The translations under genes and the position numbers were made by a program. Below, in pieces: positions 11,871 through 19,483 of a stretch of DNA of 20,885 bases. A model generated the notes under the pieces. It saw only the letters and a list, made by a program, of their open reading frames with translations, searched no databases and had not been told where the DNA came from. This DNA is from Candidatus Eiseniibacteriota bacterium (GTDB taxonomy: Bacteria; Eisenbacteria; RBG-16-71-46; DASYSL01): positions 1-20,885 of the forward strand of contig JANPEF010000097.1 in assembly GCA_031431875.1 (NCBI GenBank), written 5' to 3'. Numbering within the stretch: the first letter of the stretch is position 1; each line of letters starts with the position of its first letter.

Positions 11871-12589
11871 GTTCGGACGTCGCGCTCGTCGACACCTGGG
11901 CCGCCTCCGGCCGGTCGTCGTGGCACCGTGCCTCGGCGCTGTCGAAGATGGCGTTCGTGGCGTGCGTGCTGTTCGCCGTCGTGACGGCGCACGACCCGGC
12001 GCTGCTGGCCGGCCTCGCCGCGCTGCTGCTGGTGTGCCTGGCGACGGCGCGCATTCCCGTCGGCCCGGCGCTGATGCTCGCGCTCTATCCGCTCCTGTTC
12101 TCGAGCCTGTACGTGCTGTCGCGCTGGGACGGCACGTGGGAGACGCCGAGCGTGCTGCTCCTGCGCTCGCTCACGGGCAGCCTCGCCGCGGTGTTGCTGG
12201 TCTCGACCACGCCGTACCCCGACCTGTTCGCGCCCATCGCACGGGTCACGCCGCGCCTGCTGGGGGACGGCCTGTTTCTCACCTACCGCGCGTTCTTCGG
12301 ACTCCTGCACCGCGCCGAGCGGACCTGGACCGCGCTGCGCCTGCGCGGCGGGCTCGCCGGGAACGGCCTGCCACGCGACCTGCGCCACGTCGGCGACGGG
12401 CTCGGGCAACTGGTGCTGCATTCGTACGACCGGAGCCAACGCCTGTACGCGGTGATGCAGATCCGCGGACACTCGGGGCGCGTGTGTGGCTGCCGCCACT
12501 GGGCGCACTTCACGCCCATCGACCTGGTGCCGCTGGCGCTGGGCATCGTCGTCGTCCTGTGCGCGATCGCACGGGGAGGCGCCTCATGA
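11867..12589 (+). CDS. ECF transporter T component (CbiQ/EcfT family)
   Basis: HRASALSK, TT motif, LTYR, and two coupling-helix motifs ALRLRG and AMQIRG. ATGA overlaps at both ends. Confidence 0.87.
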   Translation: MSSDVALVDTWAASGRSSWHRASALSKMAFVACVLFAVVTAHDPALLAGLAALLLVCLATARIPVGPALMLALYPLLFSSLYVLSRWDGTWETPSVLLLRSLTGSLAAVLLVSTTPYPDLFAPIARVTPRLLGDGLFLTYRAFFGLLHRAERTWTALRLRGGLAGNGLPRDLRHVGDGLGQLVLHSYDRSQRLYAVMQIRGHSGRVCGCRHWAHFTPIDLVPLALGIVVVLCAIARGGAS

Positions 12590-13461
12590 GCGAGCCCCGC
12601 ACCAACGCGCCCGACGAGACGGCGGTCTACGTCTCGTGCGTTCGCCACGTCTATGCCGACCGCACGCAGGTCCACCTGTGCGGCCTCGATTTCGTGGTCA
12701 AGAAGGGCGAGCGCGTCGCCATCCTCGGCCCCAACGGCTGTGGCAAGTCGACGCTGCTGTACCACATCCTCGGGTTGCTCGCGCCGCACGAGGGCGAGGT
12801 CACGGTCTTCGGTGTCAACCCGGCGAAGGGCTTCAACAAGATCCGCGAGCGCGTCGGCGTCGTGCTGCAGAACGTGGACGAGCAGATCCTCGCCCCCACG
12901 GTGTGGGATGACGTCTCGTTCTCGCCGCGCAACTATGGCTACGCCGCGGTGGAGGTCGACCGGATGGTCGACGCGGTGCTCGAGGAAGTGGGGATCACGC
13001 ACCTGCGCCACAAGATCTGCCACGGGCTTTCGGGCGGCGAGAAGCGCAAGGTCGCGCTGGCCGGCGCGCTGGTGCTCAAGCCCGAGCTCCTGATCATGGA
13101 CGAGCCCTTCGAGGGCCTCGATCCGCGTTCGAAGAGCGACCTGTCGGCGTTGCTCGAGCGCCTGCACGCCCAGGGGATGACGATGATCACCGCGACGCAC
13201 GACGTGCACGTCGTCGGTGACCTGGCCGACGTCGTCTACGTGCTCGTCACCGGCGGCGAGATCATTGCCCGCGGCGCCCCCGAGGAGATCTTCGCCGACA
13301 CGGCCCGCCTCAAGGCCTCGAACGTCGAGCCACCGCAGATCGTCGAGCTGTTCCAGCGCCTCGAGGACGAGGGGATCGCTCTCGGTCGCCCGCTCTCGGT
13401 CGAGGATGCCCTGGAGCGGCTCAAGGCCGCGTTCGCCGCGCGCGGCCGCACCTCGGCCTGA
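12586..13461 (+). CDS. ECF transporter ATPase (CbiO/EcfA family)
   Basis: Walker A GPNGCGKST, PTVWDDVSF, LSGGE, Walker B LIMDEP, ATHD. Confidence 0.92.
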   Translation: MSEPRTNAPDETAVYVSCVRHVYADRTQVHLCGLDFVVKKGERVAILGPNGCGKSTLLYHILGLLAPHEGEVTVFGVNPAKGFNKIRERVGVVLQNVDEQILAPTVWDDVSFSPRNYGYAAVEVDRMVDAVLEEVGITHLRHKICHGLSGGEKRKVALAGALVLKPELLIMDEPFEGLDPRSKSDLSALLERLHAQGMTMITATHDVHVVGDLADVVYVLVTGGEIIARGAPEEIFADTARLKASNVEPPQIVELFQRLEDEGIALGRPLSVEDALERLKAAFAARGRTSA

Positions 13462-13481
13462 GGCCCGGGAGCCCGCCCGCC

Positions 13482-14813
13482 GTGGACCTGTTCGGCTCCG
13501 ACGACCTGCGTCCGCCGCTCGCCGAGCGCATGCGCCCGCGCTCGCTCGACGAGTTCGTCGGCCAGGCGCAGGTGCTGGCTGCGGGGCGCCCGCTGCGTGA
13601 GGCGATCGAGCGCGGTGCTCCAGGCTCGCTCGTGTTCTGGGGCCCGCCCGGCGTCGGGAAGACGACGCTCGCCCGGCTGATCGCGCGCCACGCCAGGCAC
13701 GAATTCGTCGCCTTCAGCGGCGTCGCCGACGGCATTCCCCGCCTGCGCGAGATCACCGCCGAGGCCGAGACCCGGCGCAAGGCCGGCCGCGGCACGATCC
13801 TGTTCGTCGACGAGATCCACCGGCTGAACCGAGCGCAGCAGGACGCATTCCTGCCGCACGTCGAGCGCGGCACCGTCACGCTGGTCGGCGCCACGACCGA
13901 GAACCCGTCGTTCGAGGTCGTCGGCGCGCTGCTCTCGCGCCTTCGCGTGTTCGTGCTCGAGCCGCTGTCGGAAGAGGATCTGTGCGCCCTCATGACACGC
14001 GCCGTGGCGGACGTAGAGCGTGGGCTGGGCGCACGACATCTCGTGCTCGACGACGACGCGCTGGCCCTTCTCGGGCGCGAGGCCGACGGCGATGCCCGGC
14101 GCGCCCTCACCGTGCTCGAGGCGGCGGCCGAGGCCGTGCCCGACGGGGGACGTGTCACGCGCGACGGGGCGAAGGACGCGCTGCAGCGGCGCTTCGCCCG
14201 CTACGACAAGGGTGGTGAGGAGCACTTCAACCACATCTCGGCGTATCACAAGGCGATGCGCGGCAGCGATCCCGACGGCGCGCTGTACTGGCTGGCCCGC
14301 ATGATCGACGGCGGCGAGGATCCGCTGTACGTCGCGCGGCGCACGATCCGCTTCGCCGTCGAGGACGTGGGCCTGGCCGATCCGCAGGCGCTGGTCGTGG
14401 CCCTCGCGGCGCGCGACGCGTACGCGATTCTCGGCAGCCCCGAGGGCGACCTCGCGCTCGCCGCGGCCGCGGTGTACCTGGCGACCGCGCCCAAGTCGAC
14501 CGGCGTCTATCGCGCGTGGGGCGCCGCACTCGAGGCCGCGCGCGAGACACCGGCCGAGCCGGTGCCGCTGCACATCCGCAATGCGCCCACGAACCTGATG
14601 AAGGACCTGGGTTACGGGAAGGACTATCGCTACGACCCGGACGAGGCGTCCGGCTTCGCGGCGGCGCAGGGGTACCTGCCCGATCGCCTGCGCGAGCGCC
14701 GCTTCTACGTGCCGCGCGGCGAGGGCGCCGAGGGCGAGATCGCGGTCCGGCTGGCCCGCTGGACGGCGGCACGAGCGGCCGCGCGGGGCGCGGCCGGAGA
14801 GGGGTCGACTTGA
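13482..14813 (+). CDS. rarA: Replication-associated recombination protein A (RarA/MgsA)
   Basis: PLAERMRP, WGPPGVGKTT, DEIHR, GATTENPSF, ISAYHKAMRGSDPD, EDVGLADP, VPLHIRNAPT. Confidence 0.97.
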   Translation: MDLFGSDDLRPPLAERMRPRSLDEFVGQAQVLAAGRPLREAIERGAPGSLVFWGPPGVGKTTLARLIARHARHEFVAFSGVADGIPRLREITAEAETRRKAGRGTILFVDEIHRLNRAQQDAFLPHVERGTVTLVGATTENPSFEVVGALLSRLRVFVLEPLSEEDLCALMTRAVADVERGLGARHLVLDDDALALLGREADGDARRALTVLEAAAEAVPDGGRVTRDGAKDALQRRFARYDKGGEEHFNHISAYHKAMRGSDPDGALYWLARMIDGGEDPLYVARRTIRFAVEDVGLADPQALVVALAARDAYAILGSPEGDLALAAAAVYLATAPKSTGVYRAWGAALEAARETPAEPVPLHIRNAPTNLMKDLGYGKDYRYDPDEASGFAAAQGYLPDRLRERRFYVPRGEGAEGEIAVRLARWTAARAAARGAAGEGST

Positions 14814-14839
14814 CCGCCTGTGGCACGCGGCCTTACCCT
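14810..14839 (+). promoter_or_regulatory. Candidate sigma70 promoter overlapping the rarA stop
   Basis: TTGACC (14810-14815), 18 nt, TACCCT (14834-14839). Confidence 0.45.
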
Positions 14840-14842
14840 TGA

Positions 14843-14949
14843 TGCGGTGCGACGGCCGCGTCGTCGCCCACCGCAGGGATCCGGGTCGCCTCGACCCGGG
14901 GCCGGGCTTGTGCCCTCGCCGGCTCCAGTGATTCCTGCGGTTTCGTTTT
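14843..14949 (+). ncRNA. Candidate structured RNA (multi-stem junction followed by U-rich tract), family not recognised
   Basis: Stem 14870-14880/14931-14941 encloses hairpins 14881-14899 and 14900-14924, followed by TTTCGTTTT. An alternative 5' hairpin spans 14843-14875. Confidence 0.4.
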
Positions 14950-14968
14950 CCGTGGTAGGGTGCCGCCC

Positions 14969-15967
14969 GTGAGCGCGCCCGATCCCGCCCCGTCCCGCCG
15001 TCGTTTCGCGATCCCACCCGTCGTCGCGCTCCTCCTGCGCCTGCTCATCGTCCTCGCGTTGCTCGCGTGGATCGCCACGCGCGTCGACTTCGCCGCATTC
15101 GGTCGCACGCTCGCCGCCGCCGATCCGCGCTTCCTGGCGGCGGCCGCCCTTGCGGTCGTCGCGGGGCACGCGAGCGCGGCGTTGCGCTGGCATCGCCTGC
15201 TGCGCGCCGCGGGCGCGACCTGGCGCTTCGCGCGCACGACGGCCGTGTACGCGGCAGGCATCTTCCTCGGACTGTTCATCCCGACCGGCGTCGGCGGCGA
15301 CGTGTACCGCCTGGCGCGGGTGAGCGGCAGTGGCGCGGGGCTCGTCCGCGGCGGGGCGACGATCCTGCTCGAGCGCGCGGTCGGCCTGCTGGCGCTCCTG
15401 CTCGTGGGGACCGGATTCGTCTTCGCACAACCGGGGACGCGGGCCTGGGGGGTGCCGCTCGTGGTGGGGGCGATCGCGGGGGTCGTCGGGCTGTTCGCGA
15501 TCTCCGTGCCGGGCGGCCCGGAGAGGCTGGCTGCGCTGCTTGCCCGCATGCCCGGTCCGGGCCCACGCCTTGCGGCGTGGGTGAATGAGGCGTTTCCGCG
15601 CGAGGTCATGGATCGACTGCGCGGCGCCCTGCCGGGCACGGTGCTCCTGTCGATGCTCAACCACGTGCTCCTGATCGCGACGGCGGTGTTGCTCGGGCGG
15701 GCGCTCGGGATCGCCGCCCCGTGGCCGGCGATCGCTGCCGCGGTGCCGCTGGTGATGCTCGCCGCGCAGGTCCCGATCACCCCCGGTGGGATCGGCGTGC
15801 GCGAGGCATCGTTCGTCTGGTTCCTGGGACGGGTCGGCGTGGCCGAGGAGCCGGCCCTGGCGCTGGCGCTGGCGTGGGCGGCGATCCTTTACCTGGTGGG
15901 ATTGCTCGCGGCATTCGGGTTGTTGGGCGATCGCGGGCCGGCGCGGAGTGACGCCCCGGCCGCATGA
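14969..15967 (+). CDS. Lysylphosphatidylglycerol-synthase TM domain / YbhN (UPF0104) flippase-like membrane protein
   Basis: ALRWHRLL, FIPTGVGGDVYR, ILLER, PITPGGIGVRE. Alternative start at GTG 14960. Confidence 0.88.
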   Translation: MSAPDPAPSRRRFAIPPVVALLLRLLIVLALLAWIATRVDFAAFGRTLAAADPRFLAAAALAVVAGHASAALRWHRLLRAAGATWRFARTTAVYAAGIFLGLFIPTGVGGDVYRLARVSGSGAGLVRGGATILLERAVGLLALLLVGTGFVFAQPGTRAWGVPLVVGAIAGVVGLFAISVPGGPERLAALLARMPGPGPRLAAWVNEAFPREVMDRLRGALPGTVLLSMLNHVLLIATAVLLGRALGIAAPWPAIAAAVPLVMLAAQVPITPGGIGVREASFVWFLGRVGVAEEPALALALAWAAILYLVGLLAAFGLLGDRGPARSDAPAA

Positions 15968-16006
15968 CGAAGGGGCGCCCCGGCTGCGGGACGCCCCCTC
16001 CTTCGT
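15967..16006. terminator. Hairpin between convergent genes, probable terminator
   Basis: GGGGCGcCCCG-gctg-CGGGaCGCCCC (15972-15997); the C/A mismatch is a G-U pair on the minus strand. Outer ACGAAGG/CCTTCGT complementarity. U tracts are weak. Confidence 0.55.
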
Positions 16007-16030
16007 TGCACTGCGTTTGCGCTTCGCGCG

Positions 16031-18880
16031 TTATGGCGCGTCCGCGATCACCTTCGCGTCGGCGCCACGGTGGGTGATCCCACCGAGATTCAGTTCCTTG
16101 ATCTGCGGCTCGATCAGCGCGCGATCCCCCACGGCGATCACCTTCATCTGCTCCGGCTTGAGGAACTTCTTCGCCACGTCCTGCACTTCCGCGGCGCTGA
16201 CGTTGGCGATGCGCGCCGGCAGTCCCGAGTAGTAGTCGGGCGACAGCTCGAACAGGTAGAGCTGGCCCACCGTGCCCACCGTGCTGTTCGTGGTCTCGAA
16301 CAGCGCCGGCAGCGAGCGCGACACCGACTCCTTCGCCAGGTTCAGCTCGGTTTCGGTGATCGGGGCGTCCTGCATGCCCTTCACCTCATTGAACATCTCG
16401 GCGATCGCGGGGCCCGTCACATCCGAGCGCACCTGCGCGCCGATGATGAACGGTCCGGCGCCGCGGTTGTCCTGCTGGAACGAGAACGCGCCGTACGTGT
16501 AGCCGTGCTTCTCGCGCAGGTTCATGTTGACGCGGCTGGCGAACAGGCCGCCCAGGATCTGGTTCATCACGTTGATGCGTTCGTAGTCGGGATCGTTGCG
16601 CGGGACGCCGAACTGCGCGACCGCGACCGCGGTCTGCGGCGCTCCCGACTTGTCGACGATCGCGACACGCTCGGCCATGGGCTTGCCGGGGGCGGGCCGC
16701 GGCGTCGGCGTGGCCGTGCCGCGCCACGAGCCGAACGACTTCGTCGCCAGGTCCCTCGCCTCGGCGGCCGTGAGGTCGCCGGCGAGGACGAGAGCCGCGT
16801 TCTGCGGCGCGTACGAGCCGCGCCAGAACGCCACCAGGTCGTCGCGCGTGATCGCCTGCAGCGACTCGTCCGTGCCCAGCGGCACGTGGCCGTAGGGGTG
16901 ATCCGCGCCGTACATCGCCGGGTAGAGCACGCGGAACGCCGTCTGGAACGGGTTGTCCTTCTGCTGCTGCAACATCGTCCGGCGATCGCTGCGCACCCGC
17001 TCGACGTCGGTCGTCGGGAACGCCGGCTCGAGCACGGTCTCCGCGGCGAGCGCCGCCGTCGCGGTCGCACGCTGCTTGAGCGAGCGCCACGAGACGAAGC
17101 TGCCGTCGACGGTCGATCCCGAGGAGAGGCTCGCGCCCATGGCCTCGAGTTCGGTCGCGATCTGGAGCGCGTCGCGCTTCGACGTGCCTTCGTCGAGCAT
17201 CGCCGCGGTGTAGGCGGCCAGGCCGGGCTTGTCGACCGGATCGGCCGCGCTGCCCGAGCGCACGACCAGCTGGCCGGCGACGACCGGTAGTTCGTGGCTC
17301 TCGACCAGGTAGACGGTCAGCCCGTTGTCGAGCTTCATCGTCTGCGCCCTGGGCAGCGCCGCGGTCGAGAGCGCCCCGGGCTTCGGCATGTCCTTGCGCC
17401 ACGCCACCTTTGGCTCGATGGTCGACGGCTTCTTCTCGATCGCAGCCGGCGTCGGCGGGGCGGACGGGATCTTCTTCTCGCCCGGAATGGCGTAGACCAC
17501 GACGCGCGCATTCTTCGTCAACTGCTTCGCAGCGACGGCCTTGACGCCGTCGGCGGTGACCGCCGCGTAGCGCGCGAGGTCCTGGTTGAGCCAGCCCGGA
17601 TCGCCGTGGAACTGGTTGTAGCGGTTCATGCGATCGGCGATACCCGAGAAGCCGCCCTTCTCCTCGAGGCTGGTCACGATGTCGGAGTAGATCCCGGTCT
17701 TCGCGGCCTCGAGCTCGGCGGCGGTGGGGCCGCTCTGCGCCATGCGTTCGATTTCGGCGACGATCGCGGCCTCGACCTCCTCGGCGGTGTGGCCGGGCTT
17801 CGCGGTGCCGTTGATCTGGAAGACCGAGCCGAGCATCAGCGACTGCTGCGACGCGCTCACCGACTGCGCGATCTTCTTGTCGTAGACCAGCGACTTGTAC
17901 AGGCGGCTGGCCTTGCCGCCGCCCAGGATGCGCGACAGCATGTCGCAGTCGGCGTCGCCGGCGGTGTAGATCGGCGAGGTGATCCACGCCAGCGAGACGC
18001 GCGGCAGCTCGACCTGGTCGGTCACGGTGACGCGGCGCTCGGACGTGATCGGCGGCGTCACAGCGATGATCTTCGGCACCGGCGCGCCGCGCTCGATCGG
18101 CCCGAAGTACTTCTCGACCAGCGCCTTGGTCTTCGCCACGTCGATGTCGCCGACGATCGCCAGGCTGGCGTTGTTCGGCGTGTAGTACTGCTTGAAGAAC
18201 GCGCGCACGTCCTCAAGCTTCGCGTTCTGGATGTCGTCATGCGAACCGATCACCGACGCGTAGTACGGGTGGCCGGCGGGGAAGAGCTGATGCCACAGCT
18301 CCTCCTCGACGAGGCCGTAGGGCGCGTTCTCGACGCTCTGGCGGCGCTCGTTGCGCACCACGTCCTGCTGGTTCGACAGCTTCGCCTGGTCGAGCGTCTC
18401 GAGCAGGAAGCCCATCCGGTCGGACTCGAGCCACAGCGCGAGCTCCAGCTGGTTCGACGGGAGGTCCTCCATGTAGTTCGTGCGGTCGAAGTCGGTCGTG
18501 CCGTTGATCAGCGACGCGCCCGCCGCCTCGAGCAGTGCGAAGTGCTGGTCGTCACCGACCTGCGCCGAACCCTGGAACATCATGTGCTCGAACAGGTGGG
18601 CGAAGCCGGTGAGGCCCTTGGTCTCGTTGGCGGGGCCCACGTGATACCACAGGTTCACGGCGACGATCGGAACGCTGGGGTCCTTGCGCAGGATGACGTC
18701 GAGTCCGTTCGGCAGCGTGTACTTCTCGTAGTCGAGCTGGATCATGGGGGGGGAACCCGCCTTGGGCGTCTGCGCCGCGGGGGCGCCGACGAGGAAGGCG
18801 ACCGCAACGGCAGTCGCGACAAGGGCCAGGCGACGCGTCCCTCGCGTTCCCAGCGTCCGTCGTGTAGTCGACGACATCAT
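16031..18880 (-). CDS. Exported M16B (pitrilysin/PqqL-like) zinc protease, fused two-half form (949 aa)
   Basis: Signal peptide, TGFAHLFEHMMF (HxxEH), NGTT..DRTNY, LWLESDRM, VVRNERR. The second half lacks Zn ligands (GLAAYTAAML) and has NLREKHGYTY. GGAG RBS at 18891-18888. Confidence 0.95.
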   Translation of the reverse strand: MMSSTTRRTLGTRGTRRLALVATAVAVAFLVGAPAAQTPKAGSPPMIQLDYEKYTLPNGLDVILRKDPSVPIVAVNLWYHVGPANETKGLTGFAHLFEHMMFQGSAQVGDDQHFALLEAAGASLINGTTDFDRTNYMEDLPSNQLELALWLESDRMGFLLETLDQAKLSNQQDVVRNERRQSVENAPYGLVEEELWHQLFPAGHPYYASVIGSHDDIQNAKLEDVRAFFKQYYTPNNASLAIVGDIDVAKTKALVEKYFGPIERGAPVPKIIAVTPPITSERRVTVTDQVELPRVSLAWITSPIYTAGDADCDMLSRILGGGKASRLYKSLVYDKKIAQSVSASQQSLMLGSVFQINGTAKPGHTAEEVEAAIVAEIERMAQSGPTAAELEAAKTGIYSDIVTSLEEKGGFSGIADRMNRYNQFHGDPGWLNQDLARYAAVTADGVKAVAAKQLTKNARVVVYAIPGEKKIPSAPPTPAAIEKKPSTIEPKVAWRKDMPKPGALSTAALPRAQTMKLDNGLTVYLVESHELPVVAGQLVVRSGSAADPVDKPGLAAYTAAMLDEGTSKRDALQIATELEAMGASLSSGSTVDGSFVSWRSLKQRATATAALAAETVLEPAFPTTDVERVRSDRRTMLQQQKDNPFQTAFRVLYPAMYGADHPYGHVPLGTDESLQAITRDDLVAFWRGSYAPQNAALVLAGDLTAAEARDLATKSFGSWRGTATPTPRPAPGKPMAERVAIVDKSGAPQTAVAVAQFGVPRNDPDYERINVMNQILGGLFASRVNMNLREKHGYTYGAFSFQQDNRGAGPFIIGAQVRSDVTGPAIAEMFNEVKGMQDAPITETELNLAKESVSRSLPALFETTNSTVGTVGQLYLFELSPDYYSGLPARIANVSAAEVQDVAKKFLKPEQMKVIAVGDRALIEPQIKELNLGGITHRGADAKVIADAP

Positions 18881-18996
18881 GCGTGATCTCCAGTGAAATG
18901 AGGAAACGGAACCGGGCACCGCGAGGACTCTAAGGGTCGAGGGCGTCTGCGCTTCGTCAGGTCCGCGTGAACGGTCGCCGGGGGCAGATCAGGTCC

Positions 18997-19014
18997 TTGT
19001 GCATTCTTTCACGA
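18997..19014. promoter_or_regulatory. Rex- or CRP/FNR-family-like operator
   Basis: TTGTGCA-TTCT-TTCACGA matches TTGTGAA-N4-TTCACAA at 12/14 positions. Confidence 0.45.
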
Positions 19015-19110
19015 AGTGCCCGGCCGAGGCTCCATTGTCTTCGCAAGTTCGGTGTTAAAGTTGCATTGGACAACGTTTTGTCCCCAGGTCCCCGGGGTGT
19101 GGGTGGGGGC

Positions 19111-19139
19111 TTGACGACCCCGACGGAGCCTCGTAGAGT
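19111..19139 (+). promoter_or_regulatory. Sigma70 promoter of the nfu-mrp-ispG operon
   Basis: TTGACG (19111-19116), 17 nt, TAGAGT (19134-19139). Confidence 0.7.
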
Positions 19140-19144
19140 GCAGG

Positions 19145-19169
19145 CAACTTGACCGAATCGGTGGGGAAT
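19145..19169. promoter_or_regulatory. IscR/Rrf2 type-1-like operator at the predicted +1
   Basis: CAACTTGACCGAATCGGTGGGGAAT with perfect core dyad ACCGA-A-TCGGT, upstream of Fe-S genes. Confidence 0.55.
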
Positions 19170-19207
19170 CCGCCCGCACGCCGCGATGCGCGATCCCCGG
19201 AGGGAAT

Positions 19208-19483
19208 GTGACCGAATCCGCCGACGCCGTACCGACCACGCTGGGCCTGCGCCTCGAAGTCGAGGCGGTGCTCGAGGAGATCCGTCCCGCCATCCAGATG
19301 GACGGCGGCGACGTTGAACTCGTCGACATCGAACCCGGCGGCCGGGTGCTCGTCCGCCTGCTCGGCGCGTGCACCGGCTGCGCCATGTCGCAGCTCACGC
19401 TCAAGCAGGGGATCGAGAATCTCCTGAAGACCCGCATCGCCGGCGTGACCTCCGTCGACGCCGCGCTCGAGACCGCCTCGTGA
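19208..19483 (+). CDS. Stand-alone NifU C-terminal (Nfu-type) Fe-S carrier
   Basis: [22 protein letters not shown] (CxxC), TLKQGIE. Confidence 0.95.
   Translation: MTESADAVPTTLGLRLEVEAVLEEIRPAIQMDGGDVELVDIEPGGRVLVRLLGACTGCAMSQLTLKQGIENLLKTRIAGVTSVDAALETAS

Noticed and set aside
8941..12585. Apparent long N-termini on AroE, CbiQ and CbiO
   Set aside because: Real starts are at ATGA overlaps (9649, 11867, 12586); the extensions are off-frame reads of upstream genes.
14842..14931. 29-aa sORF MRCDGRVVAHRR... as a leader peptide
   Set aside because: No RBS, ATG too close to the putative -10, and no telling codon run.
14843..14949. tRNA, 6S or hammerhead identity for the structured element
   Set aside because: No TTC T-loop or cloverleaf, too short and branched for 6S, and no CUGAUGA/GAAA core.
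5610..18886. Long antisense and alternate-frame ORFs (e.g. 5610-7754, 13236-15017, 17294-18886)
   Set aside because: Expected shadows of GC-rich codon usage over well-identified genes; no motifs.
18957..18996. SRP RNA suggested by TCAGGTCC
   Set aside because: The following GNAAGGAAGCAGC and the long hairpin are absent.
18967..19152. 61-aa ORF in the divergent intergenic region
   Set aside because: No RBS, atypical composition, and it overlaps promoter and operator motifs.
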